From: Octopus vulgaris
Taxonomy: Eukaryota
DNA length: 64,000 nt
Reading direction: 5' to 3'
NCBI GenBank assembly: GCA_951406725.2
Contig: OX597816.1
Span: 140,368,001-140,432,000, forward strand
Made by a program: the position numbers and the translations under genes. Of this stretch, positions 26,869-40,957 are shown in pieces. The notes beneath the pieces were generated by a model. The model saw only the letters and a program-made list of their open reading frames with translations. It was not told where the DNA came from and did not search any database. Every line of letters begins with the position of its first letter. Positions within the stretch are counted from its first letter, which is position 1.

Positions 26869-28424
26869 ATGAAGTACTTGGTGTTTATTCTAATGTCGCT
26901 AGTTGTTTGTGTGGAATGCTACAAATTTTCAGCTGAAATTGCAAAATGCTTTGGCGATTATTCAAAGAATATGTTTGATCCGGACAAAAAGATATCTTCA
27001 TATAAATATTGTATGGATAAAATTTTATTTAATAACCCCCGTTTAGATACATGGAGTGACTATTATCCAGACATAAATAATTTTAAAAGAGGAAGTAACA
27101 ATTCTATGATTGTCAGGGGAATTAGAAAAGAATATAGAATGCTCACTCTCGTAGAAAGAGACAATTTTCATCGCGCCATTAATATGTTGAAACAAGATAC
27201 GGTAAGTTTTCATATAGAAAATTTGTTCATATCATTTAATTCTTTTTCTTCTTTTAACAGGTCATTAACAGATACGTCTTTATTCGATATCAGTTAATTA
27301 CTAAATTTAATGAACAACTTTTACTGTACTTTGTTACAAAACGTCAGCAAATTAGTTAATTCTTACACATATACACGTAAAATTCGAGGGTGTATGATGT
27401 TCATGGTTTGTCCCAGTGGTGTTGTAAACCAAAGTAAAGTGAAACATTTATAATAAGTAGCAATTAATTATAAAGTTCAAACCTTAAACGGTAAATATCA
27501 TCAATTGATGTTTCATTAGAGAACATCAGACATTAACTGATGTTTCAAAAATTTTACATAGATACGGCCGCTACCAAATGAAAGTGAACATTTTACGGAA
27601 CTTTTCAATAATGAAATTGTAAATTTTATTGTGTGCGAGTCTAACAATTGTTATAATTTTTGTATTTGTTTAAGTGAAAATAAGCCTAAAAATTGCCCTC
27701 AAGAAAATTAGCTATTTTTGTCTTTTTTCTCCTCATTTGGCACACATATTCATGCAAGTTTTTCCACTGTTTAAGAGTTAATTACATTATCGTTGTTACA
27801 ATAGACGATCTTGTAGATTATTAAGCATGTACGTATGTATGTATGCATGTATGTATGTATGTATGTATGTATGTATGTATGTATGTATGTATGTATGTAT
27901 GTATGTATGTATGTATGCATGCATGTATGTATGTATGTATGTATGTATGTATGTATGTATGTATGTATGTATGTATGTATGTATGTATGTATGCAACGTT
28001 ATGCTAACTAATGATGTCCACTGTTCTTTTTATTTAGAGTATGACTCCAAATAAATACGATGCGATCGCCTTCCTCCATACTGGTCACACGGTTAGAAAC
28101 GCTCACTCTGGCCCTTCTTTTCTAGTTTGGCACAGAATCTACCTTAACATGTAAGTATTTTCTCTTAGATATGAGATTTATTATTTTCGACATTTTTCTA
28201 CTTTTCTTTCTACTCTAATTTCCTAACAGTATTTAATGCGATACTTTACTAATAAATCTTTCATAATTCCTGCAAGACAAGTATAAGTAATACACATGTA
28301 ATATTAATAGATCTGACTGAATTGAACTGCATTTGGAGGCAAGTTACATGAGTTTATTAGTCAGATTTGTACTTAATTGAATATACATGTATCCACAGGT
28401 GTGTGCGTGAGCGAGAGAGAGAGA

Positions 28425-28464
<40 letters not shown>

Positions 28465-31400
28465 AGCTTTGTTAACATATGCTCGTATATAGGTACATAA
28501 GAGCATTTGTATGTGAGTACTGCATCTTTGATATTCCGGTTACTCATCAATGACTGTTCGCTATTATTTCAACAAGTGGTTTGAATGTTATTGTTCCCTA
28601 CATTCTAATTTATCTTCTGCTGAATAAGCCATTCTAATTTGAATACCGACAATGTTACTCATATATGTAGTACAAAACTCTGGTGGTCACTTACTAAATA
28701 ATCATGTTCGTTATTTCTTTATATTTGACAATTTATTTCAGTGATATCATAGAAATGTTTTACTGTTTTCCTCAATGCTATCATAAGATGTGTTTGTGAA
28801 GAAAGTTGAGCTGAAATAAGGACTTCTAATAAAGAAGATTCGGTAATTTGACACGCACAGAATATTCAGTACATATTACAAAAAAGAATAGAAATTTAAT
28901 GTATTGCTGATATGATTTAAGGCATTTCATTACTGATATTAGAAACACACCGATATTCTATTCCGCAAAATACTTATCATCATCACCGTCGTCGTAGTCG
29001 TTGTCCTCGTAGTTATCAGCATCATCATCATCATCTTCGCTTTATTTATAGCATCATTTTTCTTTTTTTTTTCATTTCCTCAGGATGGAAGACGCTCTTA
29101 ATGAAAAGGTGTCAGGAGTAACAATTCCATATTGGGATCCAACACTTGACAGCTCTCTTGATGATCCTCGAGATTCCATTATCTGGACGGATAAATTCTT
29201 GGGAAATATTAATGGAATTGTTAATTGTGGTCCGTTTGCTAACTGGACCACACCAGCTGGGCCTCTGATAAGGAATGGTGGTTTTATTAGTAACTTACCA
29301 ACTACTCGCGACATAAGAAATATTCTGAGCCGATGGAGACTTGCAGATATCAGCGAACCAAATGCGATTGGTAAATACAACTTGGAATTTCACCACAATT
29401 CTATGCACAATTTTATTGGAGGACATTTAGGTCAACCAGAAACGTCTCCCATGGATCCAGTTTTCTGGCTAATCCACAGCTATATGGATCTTCTTATGAA
29501 TCGTTTCAATGAGAACCAAAAGAAGCACAATGTCGATCCTGCAACAGATTATCCATTAAATTATGGTTTACCAGTTTATGCTCTCGATCACAGTATTGGA
29601 CTGAAAAATATAACAATCAGAGAAGCATTAAAACAAACTCAATCTTACAGTTACATTTCTTCATATGACTACGCTATACTTGAGATGCCATGTAACGGAA
29701 ATCCAGCGGTCCAAGTTTCTCCTTATCTAACCTGCCACAATGGAAGATATCAGACGAAAACTAGAAAATCAGCTGGTTGCAATGCTCTTATTCCCTATCA
29801 GAATATGTTTTGTATTAACCGTAATTGTGATCTAAAAGAATGGGCATTTATTCCAGTTGAAGTAATTTACGAACGACCTTTCGAAACGATGAAATTTGGA
29901 AATTTCCCGATCAGAAATGGCATACCAGATTTATTGACTGATCTATACGACAATAATGTACCCCAAAATATCTCATCTAGTAACTCTACTTGCCGAAGTA
30001 AAAAGTGTTGTGGTCCCGCGGGAAGAGTCAGTGTGCAAGCCGGTGGCATTAATTATTTTGGTAACTATGAAGAAATGGTGATTGTTGATCGTAGATTAGC
30101 TGTATCATCGGATATAGCCTACATTGGTATCAGAAGACCTACAACAAACTTCAGTCTGGTATTTACGACAGTTTCAGAACAATGTGGAAGAATATGTCGT
30201 CCTTCCTGCTTAGTGCCGGGTTCAAATCCACCGAAGTACACAGAATGTATCGGTCTGTTGAACTTAACTCACAATGATGCTCATTTCTACGGCAATACTC
30301 TGGCAGAAGCTTACATGAAAGTGTGGGATTATAAAAACCAGATACGACCGAAAGTAAGACACGAGAATATACCAATTGTATTCCATTGTGATGACAGCCT
30401 GTGGCCATTTAACAACACCGACTATACAACAACAACACCATCATCTTGGACAACAGCGTCAACACATACACAAACCACAACTACTACCCCTACCACTACT
30501 ACAACTCCAACAACTACAACACCAACAACTACAACACCAACAACTACAACACCAACAACTACAACACCAACAACTACAACACCAACAACAACAAGTTGGG
30601 TATGGAGAACAACTACAACACCAACAACAACTAGTGGAAACAGTAATGTCTGTAAGTATTTCATTTATCCACTCCTTTACTAAACCCATGTCTTTGTGTG
30701 GGTTATATTGTAAAAAGCAAAAGTACCTATAATTTATTACTAGATCAGTAGCGTCACTTATTTTTTTACTCTCAACAAGAGTTCATGTCTATTCCCATTA
30801 TCCTTCCGAATATTTTGCATCAATAATTTTTATATACAAGTTGTTGAGAGACAGAGGCGGTGGAGGGACGGGTTATCTCTACTTGTTATCTTTACTTCCT
30901 GAATGTATCTTTTTTTCTGAATTCAAATTCCATTCAGATCAATTTTGGGTTTCATCGTTCAGGTGCCGATAAAATAAGACCTGTGTCATGTGTGTAAATT
31001 TTAATTTATAAGTTTATGTCACTGAAAAGAAGTGTTAAGCCAAACTAAATACTAAATAGTGTAATTTTTTTTTTTAATCAGAAGTCAGATAACTACGGTT
31101 CACTCCACATATACATGATATTGTACCAGTATCTGAAATTGATATGCAACTAACATACATAATCATAACTATGATGTATCATAAAAACAAAAAGAAGCGA
31201 AAAAAAACTCTGTATTTTGTTGCATACATTTCTAATCATAGCCTTATTAAATTCTAATTTGCAACATCCCAATAGTCTTTTGTATAAAATTCTTCTAATT
31301 GGTTTCAAGCAGCTCAACCTTTTCTTTCTTGGTATGTATATTATTATTGTCCACAAGATAATTCCGCCGTGGTCGACTTTGCCTTTAATCTTTATGAAGT

Positions 31401-32476
31401 CGACGGAATAATTACCATTGAAGCACTGGGGTCGATGTTACCACTTACACAATTTCTCCTTCTACACAATTTAAAGCCTTGTGCCTATAGTAGAAACGAT
31501 CATTATTCACGAGCTACCTATAATGAATATATATATATATATAGTAAAAAAGAACTTCGTTGAAGCGATTATCCCCGCGTGTTAAGTTATAACGCAAAAA
31601 TATATAATAAAAGAAGGAAGCTGCACACAGTTCACATATATTTTAAATAGTAGAGTATTGTGATAGTCAACCGGTTTGGTGTTTCGCTAATTATGGCATT
31701 ATTAAACTATGTGCATTTTTCTTCGTTTATTATATATATTAATACTTTATGTGACCGTTGCAATCTGGTTCATTCGAGAATCTTGCACTATGGATTATGA
31801 AACTATAATAATCCAAAGTGTGAAACGTCGTTTACTTCTTTAGGAATTCATTTCGAAATAAAGTAATTTGAGATTTTGACACAAGGCCAGCAATTTCGGG
31901 GGAGTGGATAAGTCAATTACATCGACCCCGGTGTTCCAATGATATTTATTTTATCGAAAAGAAATAAATATTTAAATCACCTCGAAAGGATAAAAGGCAA
32001 AGTCGACCTCGACATAATTTGAACTCTGAAAGTATAGACGGACGAAATGCTGCTAAGCAGTTCATCCGTCTTTCTAACTGTTCTACCATAAACCTTTTCA
32101 TTTGTATTAAGAACAACCAAATGTACTACCCAACTCTAACTTTTTTTGTTTGTGCCTTGCGTTGACTTCATGATATTTCTTTACAATATACGTAATAAAT
32201 TCCTGAAAAAATACCATACTAGATATAACGTGACTAATTTTACTCTCTCTTTCTCTCTTTTTTTCTCTCTTTCTAGTCTGCAAAGTTGATGATTCCTGTA
32301 TAGTCCCATCGGGATGTAGTTGTAAATTCTTCGAAAAACAACCTTGTCTGCAAATGTGCTCCAAATATGCTGTATGTTTCAGAGGTTATTATCATGTTTT
32401 GCCATGTGGTTATGGTTTTAAATACGACCAACGTCAGCAAAGATGCGTCCGTGGATACTGCGTACACAGAGGGTAA
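26869..32476 (+). CDS. Secreted tyrosinase-like protein A (737 aa); coding exons 26869-27201, 28038-28150, 29084-30651, 32277-32476
   Basis: GT-AG introns in phases 0, 2, 1 give an open 2214-nt CDS. Signal peptide MKYLVFILMSLVVCVEC; RKEYRML; CuA FLHTGHTVRNAHSGPSFLVWHRIYL; IPYWD; CuB EFHHNSMHNFIGG..SPMDPVFWLIH; Thr/Pro linker; terminal CSKYAVCFRGYYHVLPCGYGFKYDQRQQRC. Confidence 0.93.
30478..30592 (+). repeat. Coding 15-bp minisatellite encoding (PTTTT)n in gene A
   Basis: Tandem ACACCAACAACTACA units; counterpart at 52401-52505 in gene B. Confidence 0.9.
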
Positions 32477-33075
32477 CCAAACGCCATAACATCACACTTA
32501 ATAACCACTTCAACATTCAACATTTGCTGTTAAAATCAACGGTTTCTGGCGTACTTTTATACTGAACACCTCTGCGATCCATCGATTCGGTTCAGTGCGA
32601 TTTATAAACAATACATTAATCATAAGCAATACATCAAAAATTATCAAGATGGACCTTGATTCTGTTGGGTGGCTAAACGCTCTCATAATCACTTACTCAC
32701 ACGATACTAAATTATTTAATATTTACGGTCAGTTAAACATTGAATCAACGTTTGTGTCTATACATGTATGCATACATATGTATATATCTATAAAGTCTGT
32801 GTACACATGTACGTGTATGTATGTATGTATGTATGTATGTATGTATGTATGTATGTATGTATGTATGTATGAATGCATGTATGTATGTATGTATATTATG
32901 TATATATATATATGTATGTATGCATATATATATTTATATGTATATATATTATATATGTATATTATATATACTTATATGTGTATGTACATATAATGAATAT
33001 ATACGAATATGCATGAGTAAATGAACATGTATATGTGTGTACATATGCGTATGTATATGTGTATATGTCTATCTA

Positions 33076-33115
<40 letters not shown>

Positions 33116-33807
33116 TTATATATATACATAGATGTATATACAATTTATATATATACATAGATGTATATATGTATGTATAATCGATTAATATATATATTCA
33201 CACATATATATACATATATATACACATGTATGTATGTATGTATGTATGTATGTATGTATGTATGTATGTATGTATGTATGTATGTATGTATGTGTGTATG
33301 TATGCATGCATGCATGCATGAATGTATGTATACATATGTTGGTATGTATATGTATATATATGCGTGAGTATCTATGTATGTGCGTTCGATTCCCACAGCC
33401 GATGTTATTTACACCTTCTCCTCTTTTACAGAGTGTATGTATATGAATGTGTGCATGTGTGAGTGTGTGCGTGCACGTAATATAAATGTTAATGCTGTAG
33501 CATTGCCTGTGGGATTCAAGTACCGCGTTTATATCCATATTAATTATTATTCTGAAAAATCAACGAAATTAATTATCTATTAATCAACTGAACTTTCAAG
33601 TAAATGTATACAACACACACACACATGCTAACACACAAACATAACTATATTTATACTAATACATACGTATTTATGCAAAAATATTTTTAAATGTATGTGC
33701 ATATTCACTTTTGTTATAAAAAATATACTTCTATATTATAAGCGATATAACCTTCATATAAACGATGTGCCTACACGTTATAAAAATTATATCCCATGAT
33801 ATTGAAT

Positions 33808-33813
33808 AATAAA
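33808..33813 (+). promoter_or_regulatory. Candidate polyadenylation signal of gene A
   Basis: AATAAA in a block alignable with the gene B block around the AATAAA at 54637. Confidence 0.45.
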
Positions 33814-34949
33814 ATTATTTATTAAACAAAATATTTGTGTTATTGTTTATATCTACTTCTTCGAAGAAGTATCAGTTATGTACTGGAGTCAATTTCATTC
33901 AATGAGCTTTTCTCCAGTATATTTAGGGAAGGAGGGTTATGCTGCATAACAAAATTGTTATTCGTATGCGAAAAGGGCAGAAGAAAATATACATTGAATT
34001 CTCAATGTTGGAACCCCCTTGGAAGTAATAGAAGTTTCAGTCTAAATACAAATTCCGATTAAATATTTATATTTAGGAGTTTGAAAACCAGTGTACCAAT
34101 GTGTTTTAGTAGATTGACGGTAGAAAGGAGATGTGAAATCAATCTTACTTTAGATAGAATGCCAGTTTTTTTTACAACTTACATTTTCATATTACACTGT
34201 GCAACATCATTTTTGTCCTTGAGTAGCAACTGTTATTTCATCTTTGCTTACCCATAGAAAATATGAAAAATGGCTATTTCCTTCAAACATTGCTTTTGTT
34301 ACATTTATTCAAACCCTAAACAATTCCTCGCAACACATGGCTATGATGCTCTCCCACAACTCCTGCTCATTATCAGAGATGCATATATTGTCAGCCACCA
34401 AGGGACAAGCTCAAGTGATTAAAGTCAAGCAACTGGCAAGCAAATTTGTGGTATTGAGTAGAATATTTGCTATAACGATATTTCTGCTTCAGCAACTCAG
34501 CACCGAATCTATCAGGTCAATTTCAAAACATCGATGTCCAAGTCACAAAAGCAAAGTTTGAAGAGAATAGTAGTCATTTCCTTCGGTTTCTAGATAGAAG
34601 TTAATAAGAAACAACACTTAGTGGCCAAAGACAAAAGAAAATAATAAAAAGTTTGTTTCACTGTTGTTTGTTGCTTTTTCCTCCTGATAGTTATGAGAAG
34701 GATATTTTTGTTAGCTGCTCAGATGAAAAGATGATGTACCCAAAGCGTTTTTGCAGATGCTCCCAAATTGGTGAGATCGATATCCTGAAATTATCTACAC
34801 TGGAGAGAGAATTCAATTCCGTTGGACTGTTGTTTAGCCCCGTCTAATTCTCAACCCCGTCTAATTCCCAACCCCGTCTAATTCTCAACTCCATCTTTTC
34901 TTCAGAATGAGGTCCACCTTTATGAGACAGTGGATTGCTGTGCGAGAGA

Positions 34950-37590
34950 GATATCTAATTGTTACTTTTAGCAAGTAAAGAGATTATGTATACGTTCTTT
35001 TGTTGGCACAAATTCCATAAAGTTGCAGTTCTAATAAGGAAGGACTGATTAAAGTGTTTGGCGTGAGATTCGGGAGGTAAAATGTAGCAAGGATAACGAG
35101 AAAAAGACAGGTTGAACGTGAACAGAGGAGATACACAGCTGGTTAATTCAAAGCAGCAGATGTTGGAGTAGATGAAGAAGAGGTAATGAGAAGAAACAGT
35201 GTGTCTGTGATCTGGTGATATTGGAATTTTGGTCGTGAATTTTTCCAATTAGCTAAACAGCCATCTTATGAATTTGATCTACGAAATTAGCGAACATAGC
35301 AGTGTATGCAGTTTAGTATGATAGAAAAGGCTTGACCCATAACATTCATTGGCTCACCGAAATTGGTGAGATCGACACGGTTGATGTTCTTCATAAACAG
35401 CTACAAGTTAACGGTTACAGAGAAAACATTAGCAGAGAAGGAATTCCAGACGGAAAACATTCTGGGGATGAAGGACTGGAAGATCACTCAGTATTGGTCA
35501 TGAAAGGAGAGACGAGTAGGTTCGGTACGCTCAAATGGAGGTGTCACGAGACCAACCAGCTCAGACTAGCAGAAGTCACCTTAGTATTAGTAAAAAAAAA
35601 ATGCTGAGAGAGACGACAGCAAGGTTGTGAGCCATTTGAGGTGTATCGGTAAATGACACCATGTCACTCAGTTAAATGACTTTTTAAGAGATGCGATCTA
35701 CAATATTTGAATGTGTAGTAACATGCCATCCCAATGGAATGGAGCTGCTTCCAAATGAATTTCCCGTGAGTTTTGTATACAGCTGATATATTTTCTGACC
35801 CCAAAAGAGAATAAGAGTATTTAGCATGCAGCTTTTTCTATGTTGAGAATATGAGATCACCAGAAGAGATCTTCAGTGATAGTAGTGCTAAATATTTGTA
35901 GCGAGTTTGAGTATTCTAGTTATTTGATCATCTGCATTGAAGGCGTTGTTATATAGATTATTGATGCATAGGATGATGATAAGCCTGAACTTTGGGAAGA
36001 CCGGAATTGACAGAGTGTAATGGAATCTCTGAAGAAGCTTCTGGTTCATGACTAGAGAAATAGATGGAGAAGATAGGCAAGTAGATCATTGATAAGATTC
36101 GTAGTATACACTTTGCTTTTGTTAAGTGTAACAACAAAGTTTTTACCAAATTTTTCGAGAAAGGTGATCCTATCTTACTGATCAGTAAGTGATATAGGAG
36201 AGAAAGTCATCATTAGATCTGGCTTTATGAAAATCTTATTTTATGAAAGATGTTAGCAAATACGGTTTTTTAATTACTCTCTCCATCATATTTGAGGTAT
36301 TAGAAGTGAGAGTGGAAGAATGATAGTTGACGAAGACCTTCTTGAGAATGAGACACTGAGTAGTTTTCTTCCAAAGATCAAAACAAATCTTTGGACAGAA
36401 TTAGAGCGACTGAGGTGTTTGGCCGGAAAGAAGCCACTTCTGAGGGGCATTGTTTGGGGATAATGGAAAGGATGCTATCACGGCTAGTGACCCTGGCGTG
36501 TATGTGTAAATGATGACGAGCCTGATGGATTAAAGAAAGAAAATTTATGGTAAAGTTTTATTTAGTGTGCATAGAGAAAAGTTGGATGCAATGTGAAAAC
36601 TCGAAGGATTTTTCCACTGAGAAGGCTATTTTGTTCAGAAATGAATAGAAATAGATTTCTCCAAAATAGACAGATCCATTTGGTAAGGAGCCAAAAGGAT
36701 GGAATACAGTTTGTGACGCGCCAGAGCTTACTGACTGAGTCATTCACAAGGCATCTTTTGTGTTTTTGGTCTTGAATCAGTTATAGCGATAGTTAAATGC
36801 TGTCCAATTTGTAGCGATGGATTTGGAGTTCAGAAGGAGATAAGGAAGTTTGGAATGCCTGTGTTGGATGCATGTAGGAAATAAATGGATGCGTGTAGGA
36901 AATAAATCAAGTTATGGTGAAGAATAAAGAAATGAAGTGATTCATTTTTCTGCGCTAGTCATATCAGTGTAGAAGAAATGCAAGATTCAGACAGTAGTTT
37001 GAACATAGAAGTCACTAACAACCATGAGTTGAAAGAAAGGTGAAGAAAGACAGTTGTTTTCAAAATTAGAAGAGATGTGATTGAAGAGTTGTTAGTGATT
37101 AGATGAGCTCGGTCAATAACGCGACAAACATGTACAGAAGGAAGGCTATGAGCAAAATAATTGGAAAACCTTGTTGATATTCGTTTGAGAAACATGAGTA
37201 TCAGATCGAGCAGAATCTACATTTGCTGTGAAATTTGAAATTTGAAACATGAGTATCAGATCGAGCAGAATCTACATTTGCTGTGAAATTTGAATTTAAA
37301 TTTTAGCCTGGACAGCAGATGTGGGTTAGAGAACAGGGTCAAGAGATTTATGTCTCAGTGAGAAACGGATATTTCATTTAGGTGCTAACAGAAGGTGATG
37401 CATGAGGTATAGTTTGGGAATAGTTACGTATGTTTGAGAATAGAGGAAATTGTCCACTGTTTTTAACTGAAATATTTATGAAACTGCAGTAGATGTTGGT
37501 GTGGCTAGGAACGCCGATAATGCCCTGACAGCGCCATATTCCAATTGATTGCAACAAAATGAACTCTGCTAAAGGACCTGAGTTTACATA
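34950..37590 (-). mobile_element. Highly degenerate APE-type LINE (CR1/L2/Jockey-like)
   Basis: C-terminal FNQSFLIRTATLWN at about 35010-35060, plus scattered weak RT/endonuclease-like remnants; many stops; boundaries approximate. Confidence 0.55.
37189..37294. repeat. About 54-bp tandem duplication
   Basis: AAACATGAGTATCAGATCGAGCAGAATCTACATTTGCTGTGAAATTTGAA occurs twice. Confidence 0.9.
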
Positions 37591-37710
37591 CCCGAAAAAT
37601 ATGGTCATACTAAAGCATGTAGAGAGTTCGCAACTTGAAATATTTGTCTTTGAGATGTGATTTTCGGAATGTGATATATATATATACACATACATACATA
37701 CATACATACA

Positions 37711-37741
<31 letters not shown>

Positions 37742-37771
37742 TTAAGCACAATACACAAATACAGCAACATA

Positions 37772-38160
37772 GGCGTAGGAGTGGCTATGTGGTAAGTAGC
37801 TTGCTTACGAACCACATGGTTCTGGGTTCAGTCCCATTGCGTGGCACCTTGGGCAAGTGTCTTCTACTATAGCCTCGAGCCGACCAAAGCCTTGTGAGTG
37901 GATTTGGTAGACAGAAAGTGAAAGAAGCCCGTCGTATATATGTATATATATGTATGTGTGTGTATATGTTTGTGTCTGTGTTTGTCCCCCCAACAACCGA
38001 TGCTGGTGTGTTTACGTCTCCGTAACTTAGCGGTTCGGCAAAAGAGACCGATAGAATAAGTACTAGGCTTACAAAGAATAAGTCCTGGGGTCGGTTTGCT
38101 CGACTAAAGGCGGTGCTCCAGCATGGTCACAGTCAAATGACTGAAACAAGTAAAAGAGTA
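37772..38160 (+). mobile_element. tRNA-derived SINE with internal (TG/TA)n
   Basis: GGCGTAGGAGTGGCTATGTGG (A box), GGGTTCAGTCCC (B box), GTAAAAGA tail; multiple copies in the window. Confidence 0.85.
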
Positions 38161-38883
38161 ACACTTTGCAGTGGATTTGAATTCACAACATATAAGTAGA
38201 TTTTCTAATACATTAACCTTTCTACTGACAAATAATTCAAATAAAAGATTGGAATTCCAGCGTGTCAGAGTTGTGTTTAGACCAATGATTTTATGACTGA
38301 ATATTATCTATCTTTTAGGTTTTGCACAATTATTTCATTCAGAAAAATCATAATAAAGTATCGAACATGGTAAGGCTAGCATTACCATGTTCGAGTCTTT
38401 ATTCATTCACCAAAATAACTTTCTTTTTTGCATAATGATATAATTCCTCGTGTGTAGAAAACAGGATTTGTAGAAAACAAATCCTGAAAATTCCTAAAAA
38501 TAAAAAAGTTATGAGGGGTTTTATGGCGTGCTTAAAGCAGAATTCCACCTGAAATTGTACTGCCTTAGTTCTCATGTGACTGTCTCCTAGCATATATTTA
38601 AGCGCCTCAACATATATTTCACCCATACACGCACGCACAACACTACGAATGTATTTTTCACTATCTTTCTCCAAGAAGACAGTTGTTTATTCACAGTAAC
38701 ATAAAAATTTTCCACTTTGTTCTTGCCTCTGTTTCTTGTCGAATTATATACAACCCGCTCGTGACACGAACAACTACGACTTACTCTGTGGCTAAACAGT
38801 AATTGTCAGTATTTCAACAACAGCTGGTGAAATGAATAGTTACCGTAGCATTTAGATACTCCAAGAAAGCACTATTTTCATAT

Positions 38884-39295
38884 CTCTTTTACTCTTTTAC
38901 TTGTTGTTTAATCATTTGACTGCGGCCATGCTGGAGCACCGCCTTTAATCGAGCAACTCGACCCCGGGACTTATTCTTTTGTAAGCCCAGTACTTATTCT
39001 ATTGGTCTCCTTTGCCGAACCGCTAAGTAACGAGGACATAAACACACCAGCATCGGTTGTCAAGCAATACTAGGGGGACAAACACAGACACACAAACACA
39101 CAAACACACATACGCATATATATACATATATACGACGGGCTTCTTTCAGTTTCCGTCTACCAAATCCACTGACAAGACTTTGGTCGGCCCGAGGCTATAG
39201 TAGAAGACACTTGCCCAAGGTGCCACGCAGTGGAACTGAACTCGGAACCATGTGGTTAGTAAACAAGCTACTTACCACACAGCCACTCCTGCACC
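38884..39295 (-). mobile_element. tRNA-derived SINE, same family as 37772-38160, inverted
   Basis: Reverse complement aligns over the full length with 37772-38160. Confidence 0.85.
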
Positions 39296-40580
39296 TATAT
39301 ATTTTAATTTTTTTTTTAAATTATTGTTATTATTCATTCTGAACACCATATTTGTTCAAAACTCATAGCTCCCCTTCTGGCAGCGTCACTATGATCACCT
39401 CCTATCCGAGTTTGTGTTTCCATTTCCAAACTAGGGTGGGTAGCAAGTGAAACAGGGAGTAAATTTTTACCTAAGAGAGGTTAATACTAAAATCTGTCGG
39501 GATTAACGGAGAATCTTGCCTCCCACAATATAGAAATATGTTCAGCAGATAAAACGGAAAAGGCGCTGCCTCGGAAGGTAGCGAGCGAGATGCACTGGAA
39601 CAGCCACTCTGACACTCGGGGCTCGCACTTGCGGACATCAATCTCTGCCCCGATAGCTTTGAGCAGGGATATGGTCCGTGGTCCAGGAAATATCTTGGAA
39701 AATATTGTGATTTCTTTGTGTGATATATTTCAGATTAACTCATGTAAATAAACGAAGATACCATAAGTGTCTAATATGTGTGTGCATGTATGTGTGCGTT
39801 TGTGTGCGCGCGCGAACGTGTGCATGAGCGTGTCTGTAATTACATATCCTGTGTATATATATGTGCGTGTGTGTGTATGTGTGTGTGAGAGAGAGAGAGA
39901 GTGTATGTATGTGTGAGAGAGAGAGAGAGAGAAAGAGAGCGCGTGTGTGTGTGTGCGTGTGTGTACGTGTGTGTGTGTGAATATAATATACCCATAAAGG
40001 AAAAATCAGCTGATACCATAAAAGACAGGCCTACTTCTCTGGAGGATGTGCGTGTCTCAGTGGTTAGGCTGTTGCACTAAAGATCATAGGATTGTGGTTC
40101 CGATTCCTAGACCTGGTGACCGTTTGTACTTGAGCAAAGCACTTCATTTCACGTTGCTCAGTCCACTCAGCAAGCAAAAGCAAATATTTCTTGCAATCAG
40201 ACGGCGTCTAGTCCAGAGTGGAATTTATACGCCACAGCAACAGTTGAGGTCTGGCTTTATAGGTTTATATGACTCGAGAAGGGTCTCTATCCATTTTTAT
40301 ATCCTATCTCTCTGATCTGACATGATAGCTGAATCATAGAACGCATGGTCAGAAAGAGGATGATGACGCCCCAGGAAGAAAATAGCTTACTCACCATCGC
40401 ACAAGATGGCTTCCGCCCAGGGTAAACCTGCTTGCACAGCTACAAAAGCATTTTGACTGGGTACTGAAGCAGTAGCTCAATCACTCAAAAATAGATGTGG
40501 TATATCGCGACATAGCTAAGGAAGTCGACGAAACTGATAGGCCACAACTGCATGACCTTAGTATTGTTAATAATCTAGGG

Positions 40581-40895
40581 CAGGGTTTCTCAACCAGGGT
40601 CCACATGGACCTTGAGGTTCTATATAAGATTGGGGGGGGGGTCGCGGATGCAATATAGTAAATTGGGGGCCACGGTAGATTTTTAGGGGCCATGAAAAAA
40701 CTGTGCTTCAGACTAGTAAAGTTTAAGTGCAATAAATTGATTATACATCCACAATACACAAAATATACAATTCCTAATAATATTTAATTATGAAAATACA
40801 ATAGGATTTTTTAAACATCGAATGGCTATGGGCGCCCACCCAGGTAAAATAGGAATCAAAGGAGTCCATGAGCAAAAAACGGTTGGGAAGCCTTG
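40581..40895. mobile_element. hAT (Charlie-like) MITE inserted in a decayed LINE RT (about 40330-41340)
   Basis: TIRs CAGGGTTTCTCAACC / GGTTGGGAAGCCTTG; 8-bp TSD ATCTAGGG at 40573-40580 and 40896-40903. Confidence 0.85.
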
Positions 40896-40957
40896 ATCTA
40901 GGGGAATGGTTGCATTGACTTCTTACAATGTAAAAATCAGGTAGTCGCAGCCGATGG

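Noticed and set aside
27480-27782. piggyBac-like remnant in gene A intron 2
   Set aside because: Only a weak peptide resemblance and one TTAA end; insufficient support.
29085-30683. Single-exon 532-aa ORF (and 51009-52613) as a complete gene
   Set aside because: Lacks signal peptide and CuA; it is exon 4 of a spliced gene and runs into the intron.
26869-32476. Hemocyanin
   Set aside because: Only one CuA/CuB unit per gene, with a tyrosinase-type extension, not repeated functional units.
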